From the NCBI RefSeq assembly GCF_006345805.1, contig NC_043015.1, positions 39,556,001 to 39,620,000 of the forward strand: a stretch of DNA of 64,000 bases, in the 5' to 3' direction. Within the stretch, counting starts at the first letter, position 1; every line of letters begins with the position of its first letter. This DNA is from Octopus sinensis. Lineage: Eukaryota. The translations under genes and the position numbers were made by a program. Below the pieces are notes generated by a model. It worked only from the letters and a program-made list of their open reading frames with translations. It made no database searches and was not told where the DNA came from. This document shows positions 1-11,390 of the stretch, piece by piece.

Positions 1-490
1 ACACGACAGAGTGTAAGTGCTCTAAGACAAATGCTGGACATAAGAAGCATCGGATGTGGCGTGCAAGAGAGATGTTTTCATTGGTATGGTCATGTACTAT
101 GGATGGATGAGGAGAGCTGTGTGAAAAAGTGCCACTCCTAAGCAGTGGAAGGAAATCTGGGTAGAGGGAGACCCAGGAAGACATGGGACGAGGTGGTGAA
201 GCATGACCTTCGAACATTGGGCCTCACAGAGGTAATGACAAAAGATCGAAACCTCTGGAGGTATGCTGTGACTGAGAAGACCCATCAAATAAAGTGAGAT
301 CACAGCTGTACCCTACACCAGTGTCGCATAACCTGCCCACCCAAAAGTTCCTTGGATTGTAGGGTGACATGCTGTGCTTGAGGAGACCTATTGAGTCAAG
401 TACATCTAAATCAAATCAAATCACAATCAAATGGAAATTGTAGTTGTGATCCCTGTGCCAGTGGCATGTAAAATGCACCACCCAAACGTG
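1..490 (+). mobile_element. RTE-clade LINE 3' remnant (C-terminal coding end plus start of 3' UTR)
   Basis: Translates WYGHVLWMDEESCVKKCHS*AVEGNLGRGRPRKTWDEVVKHDLRTLGLTEVMTKDRNLWRYAV, the typical RTE C-terminus (W.GHV..M...GRP...W...V..DL...DR..WR). There is an in-frame stop at 139-141 and a terminal TGA at 295-297. The downstream sequence matches 4211-4400. Confidence 0.85.
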
Positions 491-825
491 GTCAATGTTT
501 TGTTGCTGAATAACCTAACAGACAACAAGAGAATAATGGTTGAGGAATAAATTAGATGGTGTGTAGTGAGTACAACCAATCACCAAGTTGTAGACATTTG
601 GTGAAGAAAACATCAAGAATGAGTCACAGGTTTTGGAATTATTTACCAATGATGGTCATGGTTAATTTTAGAGAATAGCCAAAGAAAAAAAAAACCGATC
701 CTCCGAATGTGGTGGTATTTATGAGTTGGGCCCCTTATTTGATTTGAACCCCCAAATATTTAACCTATCTTGATGCTTTAAATTTATACTCCATCTCCTT
801 TTTATCAAGTAACCCACCACCACCA

Positions 826-1062
826 CCACCACCACCACCAACACCAACACCACCACCACCACCAACACCAACACCACCACCAACACCAACACCACCACCA
901 ACACCAACACCACCACCAACACCAACACCACCACCACCACCAACACCACCACCGCCACCAACACCAACACCACCACATTTTTGGTAACGCTTTTTCTATG
1001 AAATATTTAGTATTGTATGTGTGAGTCCTTGTGGCCAATAAAGGATTATGGTTGTTTAAGAG

Positions 1063-1155
<93 letters not shown>
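826..1155. repeat. (CAC/CAA)n, (CAT)n and (ATT)n microsatellites
   Basis: Directly visible trinucleotide runs at 826-976 and 1063-1155. Confidence 0.95.
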
Positions 1156-1212
1156 TTCCTATGGATACGTATAGTTCATTATCAGTGTAAATAACCTATT
1201 TCAAGTACTTGA

Positions 1213-2250
1213 TCACACACACACACACACATACACTCATATACAGAGAGAAAGGGCTGTACATACACACATTCTTTCCCAGCCCTCCCACACACACACA
1301 CACACACAATAACCTGAATAACCCGAAGGAGGACAAAGGGACAAAATATATATTTATAGGTGTGTGGATGTATGTGGATGTTGGCATGCAAATATATATA
1401 TATATATTATATATATATATATATGTACACATGTGTCTATGTGTGTGTGTGTGGATGTGTATATATACGCAAAAACAAACACACACACATATAGATAGCT
1501 CTGTATGAATGCATGTATGTATATGCATGTATGCATATGTGTATATATATATATATGTGTATATATATATGCATGTACAATGTGTAGATGTGCTGTGTGT
1601 TCAATATTTATACTTCTATAATCTTTATTAATACATCTACTGTATGCCAAAAATACTTTGACACACGTGTTTGTATCTATATGTATGTGTATGTGATTTT
1701 GTAAGCTTATTTGTCTCTATATATATAAATATGTGTGTGTGTGTGTGCTTCTTAAAATACAATACAATATATATATATAGAAATATATATTGTATTGTAT
1801 TTTAAGAAACAGATTAAAAACAAAGGAATTATGAGTATATATACACACATACATACATATATATATATATATATACATACATGCACACACACATACGTGT
1901 GTGTGTGTGTGAGTGTGTGCACGTGAAGAATTGAATGTCATGGATATATATATGTGCATGTGTGTGTACCATATACAATAGAGCTATAGTCATACAAATG
2001 CACACACACACACACGTGTGTGTGTGTGTACATATATACATACATGTAGTTAAGTAAATTTCTTCAATAGTAGATTTATACAATGACATCTACAATCATA
2101 AATCTATACACACACACATTCCTTTGTTGTATTTGCCTCTATGTTTATACATACATACACACACACATACATACATGTGTATATATATATATCTACACAC
2201 GCACACACACAAATATATATATATATATATTATATATATATATGTATATG
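1213..2250. repeat. Compound (CA)n/(TA)n/(TG)n microsatellite region
   Basis: Directly visible dinucleotide tracts. Confidence 0.9.
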
Positions 2251-2486
2251 TATATAGTGAAAAAGTTTGAGAAAGACACCACGTGGTGAACAACATTAAA
2301 AATAAATATAAAAAAAACGCTGAATATGTTGAAAAAGTATTTTTATGAAATAGAATATATGCAGAGTTGACCAGTTTTGATTGTCAAATTAATTATTACT
2401 GAATAGTTAGTGGTGCTGTTATAATTCAATGCTGCATTAATTACTTGCAGTTATACAGTGTATATATATATATATATATAATATAT

Positions 2487-2536
<50 letters not shown>

Positions 2537-2647
2537 TAATAATTATTTGAGGGAATATTAATCCTAACTTGCAGGGGAAAAAAATTTAATTTAGAAATAC
2601 TAAATCAAATTTCACACAATATAATATATATATATAAAAATTAGAAA

Positions 2648-2808
2648 AAAACCACCATTTATCAATTCAAATTGAACAATTAAATTATGCCATCTAGAAA
2701 ATTACATATAATGGAAATATTAAAATTAAAATAACAATAAAATATTTCTATTATATGTAATTTTCTAGATGGCATAATTTAATTGTTCAATTTGAATTGA
2801 TAAAAGGT

Positions 2809-2813
<5 letters not shown>
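2648..2813. repeat. Palindromic (foldback) island between TA tracts
   Basis: AAACCACCATTTATCAATTC...GGAAATATT is nearly the reverse complement of AATATTTCTA...GATAAAAGGTGGTTT. Arms are about 73 bp with an AT-rich spacer of about 19 nt. Confidence 0.9.
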
Positions 2814-2851
<38 letters not shown>

Positions 2852-4210
2852 TATATATAACTTGGAAGATGACTAGGCACGAACTTGTCAAAGTACATAT
2901 GGGTTTTAAGATATTGGGAAGGCGAAAATTTATAAGGCAGCCATCAATGTTTGTGATCTCTCTCATCCTTAAAATATGAATATTTAGTTCCATAAAAATT
3001 CATCAGTCACCGGTTTAGAACAAATATCGTTAGGCCACCATAAATCAGAATAGATATAACTTTTTTTTGTTTTATAATGAATCTTATTTGAAAGATGGAC
3101 AATTTTGTAATATATTCGTTTATCTCACAAACACATGCAACTTTTTCAATGTATTTGGGGGGGATAAATAAAAAAGCTAACATTCCCTTCTGTTCAGAGG
3201 TGAATGCTGGCTTGTTTGCTATCCAGCATTGTGGCATCATTCCAAAACAACAACAATGTGAGGAAGTGCATGGTGACCAGCAGTGTGTGGCTACATCCGA
3301 TAGCCTGGCTGATCATGTGATACAAATTAAAATTTTTATTTGATTGTTTCTTCCACCACCATATTTTGAGAATTTAAAACATGAAATCCGGGGCCATGAT
3401 TTGTGAAGTTCCAACTTTGAATAAATTTTAATATATCACACTACTACATTGTATTGAGTTCTTTCATCTCTGGATTATTTTGATCTCTTGCTTATTTCTT
3501 TTCTATGTATTGTTGATCCCTTTTTAAATCGTCAATAAAACAACTGAGGACACTAAACTCTGCTTGCGAAGAGTTGAATGATGATGATGATGAATGATGA
3601 TTATTGGATTTCTTGACATAGAATTTTGCCATCCTTTCAAAGAAGCAGAATATCATAAGAAAAGTCAGTTTAAAAGATTGAGAAATTTATAAAGAAAATG
3701 CAAAAATGCATTGGGAAATGCTCCTCTTTGATAAAAAAATATTCTTATTTGTTTACCCACAAAAGTTTGGTTTTAAGGCCCAGAATTTTATTTTAGGACC
3801 ATTCAATTCACTACTTTTTAATTTAATTAGAAAACAAAATGAAAAAATGATTAATAAACTGAATCAAATTTAAAGAATGATTTTAAAATTCTTCAAGATT
3901 CAAAGATTATTCTAATCCATCAGATAAAACCAAAATCCTGTTTAAAATTAAGAGCGACACTTGTGATGGGTTTATATTATAATATATAGAATAACAAATA
4001 GTATTTGTTGGGCAGAGAATATGAATGTTCAACAGTCACATAATCTGGAGAAGTTCATATAAAATTTCAGAGTATATTACAAAGAGACAATGGAAACCAA
4101 AGAATTAGAGATGTGTAATTCTCCATTCTTCATTGTGCTTTCTAATATACACATTTGTATATATGCATCCATGTATGTATTTCTGTGTACATATGTATAT
4201 ATATATAACC

Positions 4211-4646
4211 CCAGCCAATTCAAAGTACCTTGGACTGCAGAACAACCTGCTGTGCTTGAGGAGACCTATTGAGTCAAGTACATGAACATCGAAATAAATA
4301 TCAAATGGAAATAGTAGTTGTGATACTTGTGCTGGTGGCACGTAAAAAGCACCATCCAAACGTGGACGATGCCAGCGACGCCTTGACTGGCTTCTGTGCT
4401 GGTGGCATGTAAAAAGCACCAACCAATCGTGGCCACTGCCAGCCTCCCCTGGTACCTGTGCCGGTGGCATGTAACAAGCACCCACTACACTCACCGAGTG
4501 ATTGGCATTAGGAAGGGCATCCAGCTGTAGAAACACTGCCAGATCAGATTGGAGCCTGGTGCAGCCTCCTGGCTTCCCAGACCCCGGTCGAACCGTCCAA
4601 CCCATGCTAGCATGGAAAACGGACGTTAAACGATGATGATGATGAT
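4211..4646 (+). mobile_element. RTE LINE 3' UTR copy / RTE-tailed short retroposon
   Basis: Homologous to 345-490. Has three GTGC(C/T)GGTGGCA(C/T)GTAA-AAGCACC-type subrepeats and ends CATGCTAGCATGGAAAACGGACGTTAAAC(GAT)n. Confidence 0.8.
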
Positions 4647-4657
4647 ATATATCATCA

Positions 4658-5942
4658 TCAGGTCATTAAGAATGAAATGTCCAATTTTGAATTGAAAGTT
4701 TATTTTATTTTATCTCAACAAAAAGCAATGCAATTAATCAAAGAATGCACTTAAATTATCAACACAATTTTGCCATTTTATTGTTAGCGTATTTATGCTG
4801 GCAGCGAAGAATTCTGGAGAGCAAGGGGTGATGAAATCATGAAAGACTGTTTTTGCATCTTCTTCAGATTTGAAGTTTTTCCTTGCAAAAAGTTGTCTAA
4901 TGCCTGGAAAACGTGATGGTCAGTTGGTGCAAGGTCTGGTGAATGTGGTGGATGACAGAGTACTTCCAAGTTCAGTTCCTGTAACTTGAGTAGCATTCTT
5001 TGTGCAACATGGGGTCAAGCATTGTCTTGCAAGAGAACTGGCCTGTCCCTATTGACCAATCTCGGTTGTTTAATTGCAAGTTCACTCATCATTTCATCCA
5101 ACTGGTTGATGTATACATCTGCTGTAATTGGCTTACCTGGTCTCATGAAGCTGTAGTGGATGACACCAGCCATGGACCATCAAACAAACATTAGTAGCTT
5201 TTTTTTGGTGAATATTCTTTTTGGATTGTGTTTTGGTACTTCCTCTCTATCCATCCATCCATCATGCAGAATTCTTGATTTTGTTGGAAAGAATCCATTT
5301 TCCCTCACACTTAAACAATATGATGCAAAAATGGTTCTCTGTTATGCCATGACAACAAAGAACAGCAAGTTTCAAGACATGTCATTTGATATTTCTTCAG
5401 TTTATGTGGTACCCACTTGTCCAACTTCTTTAACTTGCCAATTTGTTTCAGATGGTCCAGTACAGTTGGAATCGAAACATCAAACCTTGCTGCTAACTCA
5501 TGCATAGTTTGAGATTTATCTGCTTCCACTACAGTTTCCAGCTCATCATTATCCACCTTGGTCGCTGGTCTACCATGGGGCTGATTTTCAAGGGTAAAGT
5601 CACCAAACCAGAACTTCTCAAACCATTGACATACAGTGTACTCATTCGCCACATCTTCACCAAACTTCTCATTGATGTATTGAGCTGCCTGGATGCATTG
5701 GTTCCATGATGGAACTCATATTCGTAAACAACATGAATTTTTTATCTATCAATGGGCTCACAAAAATTGGTTTACAGGAGAAAACTCACAATATAATCAG
5801 ACACCATGAATTGCATTTCGAAAAGTGACGGTGTAACTCTTCAATGTTGTAAAACAAAGAATTGTCAGGATAAAACATTAGAGTCAATGACTGTCAAACT
5901 TCGTGCATAAGAAAATTGGACATTTAGTTCTTAATGACCTGA
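4658..5942 (-). mobile_element. Full-length decayed mariner (Tc1/mariner) DNA transposon
   Basis: TIRs are TCAGGTCATTAAGAATGAAATGTCCAATTTT and its reverse complement ending at 5942, followed by TA. The 1285 bp length is typical of mariners. Confidence 0.93.
4732..5752 (-). pseudogene. Frameshifted mariner transposase
   Basis: ORF pieces contain HTH (WFEKF), KKLDKWVPHKL (WVPHEL motif) and HPPHSPDLAPTDHHVFQAL (YSPDL motif). The reading frame is split. Confidence 0.92.
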
Positions 5943-5948
5943 TATGTG

Positions 5949-6020
<72 letters not shown>

Positions 6021-6225
6021 CACACACACATCTATTTTTGTCAGTAGTTCAGGAAGGAGAAATAACATCTTCTGACAATTCCAGATTCAGAATAATAGAA
6101 TAACAGAATAATATTAAGATGCAGTTGTGCAGTTGGGATATCTGTTAGAAGATTAATAGAAACCCTTGATCATCAAGAGAAAAGCCATTTACGTAGTTTA
6201 AGATGTTGTATACAACAACAGAGCA

Positions 6226-6450
6226 TGGCTGTTGCCAGTACCGCCTGACTGGCCCTTGTGCCAGTGGCACGTAAAAGCACCCACTACACTCTCGAAGTGG
6301 TTGGCGTTAGGAAGGGCATCCACCAGTAGAAGCTTAACCAGATCTGATTGGAGCCTGGTGCAGCCATCTGGTTCACCAGTCCTTAGGCAAATTGTCCAAC
6401 CCATGCTAGCATGGAAAGCGGACGTTAAACGATGATGATGATGATGATGA
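6226..6450 (+). mobile_element. RTE 3'-end short retroposon copy
   Basis: Matches 4430-4646 and has the (GAT)n tail. Confidence 0.85.
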
Positions 6451-6583
6451 CCATATCAACACTTCTAATAGATAACAGGAAAATAACTTGCTGGTTATTT
6501 AAACCATCCAAATTGTTTTATTGTCTCTATTTACTATCAACTATAAAGACGAAACAACTAGGTTTTTCCAGGAGGAATTATAT

Positions 6584-6618
<35 letters not shown>

Positions 6619-6631
6619 CATGCACATTAAA

Positions 6632-6960
6632 CATCATCATCATCATCGTTTAACGTCCGCTTTCCATACTAGCATGGGTTGGACGATTTGACCGAGGACT
6701 GGAGAACCAGATGGCTGCACCAGGCTCCAGTCTGTTCTAGCATAGTTTCTACAGCTGGATGCCCTTCCTAACGCCAACCACTCTGAGAGTGTAGTGGGTG
6801 CTTTTTATGTGCCACCTGCACGAGGGCCAGTTAAGCAGTACTGGCAATGGCCACGCTCAAATGGTGTTTTTTATATGCCACCTGCACAGGAGCCAGTCCA
6901 CCAGCACTGGCAACGAACTCGCTCGTATGTTTTTTTCGTGTGCCAGTAAGGCGACACCAG
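6632..6960 (-). mobile_element. RTE 3'-end short retroposon copy (inverted relative to 6226-6450)
   Basis: Starts (CAT)n-CGTTTAACGTCCGCTTTCCAT, the reverse complement of the family 3' end. Confidence 0.85.
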
Positions 6961-7215
6961 TAATTATCCAATTAGTTAATTATAACAATCTTTCACTGAA
7001 CTTTGACCTTGTTGAACACTTTTTCAGTCATGCATCACAAAACACTACTGAAATAACTGTCAGTCATGCATCACTGAATATCGATACAACTCCTGCATAA
7101 ACAGAAACTCTTCCATTATAAAATAATGTGCCAGATGCAGAATAAAAAGGTTTGCTGTAATGAATACAGGAACCAGGTTCGTTTCTCAGCTGGAATTAAT
7201 TTGTTAATATTGCCA

Positions 7216-7432
7216 ATATTCTTTTCTACTCTAGGCACAAGCCCCGAAATTTTTGGAGAGGGGCTAGTTTATTAGATCAACCCCAGTACGCAACTGGTAC
7301 TTAGTTAATCGACCCTTAAAGAATGAAAGGCAAAGTCGACTTCGGTGGAATTTGAACTCAGAACGTAAAGACAGTCTAAAGACCGCTAAGCATTTCGCCT
7401 GCTGTGCTAACGTTTCTGTCAGCTCGCCGCCT
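7216..7432 (-). mobile_element. tRNA-derived SINE, family A
   Basis: Reverse complement of the GGCGGCGAGCTG(G)CAGAAACGTTAGC head, GAGTTCAAATTCC B-box and GCCTTTCATCCTTTCGGGGTCGAT central domain. Confidence 0.85.
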
Positions 7433-7465
7433 TAATAATATTGCCAATAAGACAACAAACAGGCA

Positions 7466-7519
7466 GACCTTTTAGGAGGTCATGACCTGTTAGGAGGTCA
7501 TGACCTTTTAGGAGGTCAT
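7466..7519. repeat. 3 x 18-bp tandem repeat GACCT(T/G)TTAGGAGGTCAT
   Basis: Three near-identical adjacent units. Confidence 0.9.
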
Positions 7520-7520
7520 G

Positions 7521-7712
7521 CAAAGTGCTTAGCAGCATTTCATCAGTTTTTGAGTTCTGACTTCAAATTCTGAGGTTGACTTTACTTTTCATTCTCTCGG
7601 GGTCAATAAAACAAGTACTAGTTGAGTACTAGGGTCGATGTAATCAACTTATTTCCACCCCACCCCACCCCCAATATTGCTGGCCTTGTGCCAAAGTTCG
7701 AAACCAATATTG
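7521..7712 (+). mobile_element. Degenerate family A SINE
   Basis: GAGTTCTGACTTCAAATTCTGAGGTTGACTTTACTTTTCATTCTCTCGGGGTCAAT plus a CCTTGTGCCAAAGTTCGAAACCAATATT tail. Confidence 0.7.
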
Positions 7713-8069
7713 TCTTAGGAAATTTGAACTTTCGAAGAAAAAGATATCTCCGTCTTCATAAAATGGAAATCAACCTTTAGCAATAAATATCATATCTACA
7801 GACATAGGAACATTGAGCTTTTAATCTGCTTCTGGCCTCCAGGCCATGAGTTCAAATCTAGTGCAGTCATTGTCTCTCGGGGTCTTACAGGGAACAGGCT
7901 TTCCTACGTCCTTATTTTTATGGCTGGGTGCACTCATGTGGAAGACTGAAGGAAAACTAGAATTACCAATATAGGATCACGAAGTTTCTACTATAAGCTA
8001 AACATACTGAATGTTTCGTTTTTGAATTTGGTTTGCAAGATTCTTTATATGAGTTCGTGTGTTGAAGCA

Positions 8070-8343
8070 TATTCTGTTGTGTCTGGGGAGATTCATTTTC
8101 TTTTTGGGCCTTATAATGTAACACACTCACCGGTAAAATTTCCACTTATTTCTTATTTTTATTTTCCTAAAATTTTCTTTGCGTCTTGCAACATTTTCAA
8201 TACTTTTGTCTATTGAAAAGGTTGCAAGACGCAACGAAAATTTTAGGAAAATAAAAATATGAAATAAGTGGAAATTTTACCGGTGAGTGTGTTACATAAT
8301 AAGGCAAAAAAAGAAAATGGCTCTTCCCAGACACAACAGAATA
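8070..8343. repeat. Long near-perfect palindrome (about 133-bp arms, 8-nt loop at 8203-8210)
   Basis: TATTCTGTTGTGTCTGGG...TTTTCAATA mirrors TATTGAAAAG...CCCAGACACAACAGAATA. Confidence 0.92.
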
Positions 8344-8819
8344 CTGAATGTTTTTTCCCCAGAAATCTAACTTCTTGAAAAGGAGGAGCAGAGCCCACAA
8401 CTGTTTTAGATTTTCATATATTAAAAGGACAGGATAACTGGGTGAAATTAGTGTTATGGTGGGATTGTTTAACCGAGTTAAAAGGTGATTGTATGAAATG
8501 ATTAGTTGAAGTTTCAATCCTTACCCAGACCCTACATTAAACACGGTCTGTTGTCTCCCTTCGTCCACCTAGCTCAACATTCTCTTCCTGTCTACTTTTA
8601 GAATCAACCTCTCTTAGAGGAGTTTTTATAGAGATTATTTGATTTTCCTCAGGGCAATAATCAGCCTCTCCTTAAATAGGATGGCCATAATTAGAAAACA
8701 CTTTCGATGCTGATGTTTTGCCGGATCCAGCAGCCACTCAACCATTCAATTCCTTCATTTACGCCAACCAGTGACTAGTGTGAGAATTCTTGGGGCTATA
8801 ATTAGGGTTGTAATAAATT

Positions 8820-9042
8820 TATGAGGGTCTGCTGAAAAGTTCCTGGCTTTGGGTAAAAGGAAAATACAGGAGGATCAGTTAATTAGGGTTTTATCCAACG
8901 AGTTCCCCTCTCAGATTCTCACTCTTACTGCAACGGTCCTTCAGTTTTTCTAAACCCTGTAAAAGAACTCACAAGGTTCGGCCTTCAACCAGGCCTTTCG
9001 TGACACCCTTAAAGCTAGGAATTTTTCAGCATCCCCTTTGTA
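8820..9042. mobile_element. Mariner-type MITE
   Basis: Imperfect TIRs of about 30 bp (TATGAGGGTCTGCTGAAAAGTTCCTGGCTTT / AAAGCTAGGAATTTTTCAGCATCCCCTTTGTA) with TA at both ends. No coding capacity. Confidence 0.8.
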
Positions 9043-9960
9043 TAAGAGTTAAGGAGGGATGGTCGGAGAGGGATTGAGTAGTGACGATATTTCACGTCCA
9101 CGAAGTGGTTTAGCGTAATCTCCCTTGTGGAAGCTATAGCAACAAAAATAGTTAAGAATTGGCTCTTAGGTTTCCTGGTATACATCATCAATATGATCAA
9201 TATTTTGCCGATTGACAGGAAAATAAGAACCTGTTTGATCATCTACTGCATTGTTAATTGGTGACTCGGAATAAAGTCATCCCGACTACATGTGGACATG
9301 GGGCCGACTTCACTCTACGAGAAGTAAATATAATTGAAAACAGTCAAAGATATAACCACGAAATGGAACAATAGGTTAACTCAAGACTATACTATTGAAT
9401 AATCCAAGGAAGGGCCAAAGAGAAAAGAACCTCCAAACAGGAAACAAGAACCTAGAAATGGACGAAGAGTTGAACTTGAAAGTTAAACCCAATTCTGGAA
9501 AATGGGTTAACTTGTAGCGTATCTGATATTGTCACCAACTCCTTACGTACGGTCGTATATTCCGACAAACTCTTGATCGGAAGATGGGTTAATCAAAAAG
9601 TGGAACTAAAAGGATACTCAAAAGCTAGAATAATTGTTAACCAAAGGCTAAACTCAAAGAGACGAGCCAAGAGTGGAACAATGGAGTTACGTGATTCTAT
9701 GACAGAGAATTATTATAAACTGTCTGTCGATCAAGAAATGTCCATTGGTATGCAATGAAACCCACAACATCACAATAACAATTTCAACTTCAGACACTGA
9801 TTTAGAGAGAGATAGAACTATTTCGTACCATGGGTGGCTGTATTAATGTGTGTGTGTGTGTGTGTGCGTGTGTATGCACGCGCAGTATTATGTGTCTCTT
9901 GGTATGCGTGTATGTGTGTGTGTATCTGTGAGTATATGCGTGTGTTTTTTTTTGTTTTTT

Positions 9961-10325
9961 TTACTTGTTTCAGTCATTTGACTGTGGCCATGCTGGAGCA
10001 CTGCCTTTAGTCGAGCAAATCGCCCCCAGGACTTATTCTTTGGAAGCCTAGTACTTATTCTATCGATCTCTTTTGCCGAACTGCTAAGTTACGGGGACGT
10101 AAACACACCAGCATCGGTTGTCAAGCGATGTTGGGAGGACAAACACAGATACACAAACACACACACACATATATACGACGGGCTTCTTTCAGTTTCCGTC
10201 TACCAAATCCACTCACAAGGCTTTGGTCGGCCCGAGGCTATAGTAGAAGTCACTTCCCCAAGGTGCCACGCAGTGGGACTGAACCCGGGACCATGTGGTT
10301 GGTAAGCAAGCCACTCCTACGTGCG
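9961..10325 (-). mobile_element. tRNA-derived CORE-like SINE, family B
   Basis: Reverse complement of 14642-15107, including a GTGGCACCTTGGG(G)AAGTGACTT CORE-like motif and an internal (CA) tract. Confidence 0.85.
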
Positions 10326-10696
10326 TATCTGTACGTATATCTGTATGTGCTTTTATGCGGGTCTGTATCCACATATATACGAACAAGAAATTTGTTTTTA
10401 TGGTGAAATCTGTGAACGTATATATGTAAGTACGTGTGTACAAAGGTGGATGTGAGTGTGTGTGTGTGTGTTATGTGTGAGTGCGTATCATAGCAAATCT
10501 GCTGATATAATGCATCTGAAGAGATCCACCGCCAACAGCCACCCTTAACACCCTTACATACCAACAGTCATAGCTCTCAGCCCTCCAGACAAACGACAGC
10601 AGGCTCGTCCCATCCTTTGCACAGCAATTGCTAAATATTTCATATATCCTAAATTCATGTGATCCGCAGTCAACTCCTTTACACACACACACACGC

Positions 10697-10736
<40 letters not shown>

Positions 10737-10899
10737 ACACACACGCGCGCGCGCGCACACACACACGTATTATATACGTGCAGATATACAGGTGTCCTTA
10801 CGAATATATTATGTGTGTGTATGTGTATAGATTTGTATGTATGTATTTGATATGAATGCGTGAGTGTGTTTTGTTTGTGTGTAGGAATATGTTTGTTGT

Positions 10900-11390
10900 A
10901 TGAGAGAAGAGAGTGAGGGGAGAGGGAGGGAGGATGTGTAGAGAGCAAAAGGCAATGAAAAAGAAAGGACGTGTGTGTGTGTTGAATAGGTAACTGTTAT
11001 GTAATACCCGTGAGTGAAAGAATGTTTGTGTATTCGTGTGTGTGAATGTGTGTGGGGGGATGTGTGTGTGTGTGTGAAACGACTTGGAAAGGCAAAAGAA
11101 GAAAAGAAAGAAGAAAAGGTTGAAATAGAAAGAGAGTGAAAAGAAAGAAGAAAAGAAAGAAGAAAAACGGTTGTAATAGAAAGAGAGCGAAAAGAAAGAA
11201 GAAAAGAAAGAAGAAAAAGATTGAAATAGAAAGAAAAGATTAAAAAAGAAAAAAAAGGAGAGAAAGGCGGGAGAAGATAAAGAAAGAAGGAATGCAAGAA
11301 AGCAGCAAGAAGAAGAAGCAGCAAGAAGAAGAAGAAGAAGAAGAAGAAGAAGAAGAAGAAGGAGAAGAAGGAGAAGAAGAAGAGGACGAG
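10900..11390. repeat. Purine-rich (GAAAA/GAA)n low-complexity region
   Basis: AAAGAAAGAAGAAAAG units followed by (GAA)n. Confidence 0.85.
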
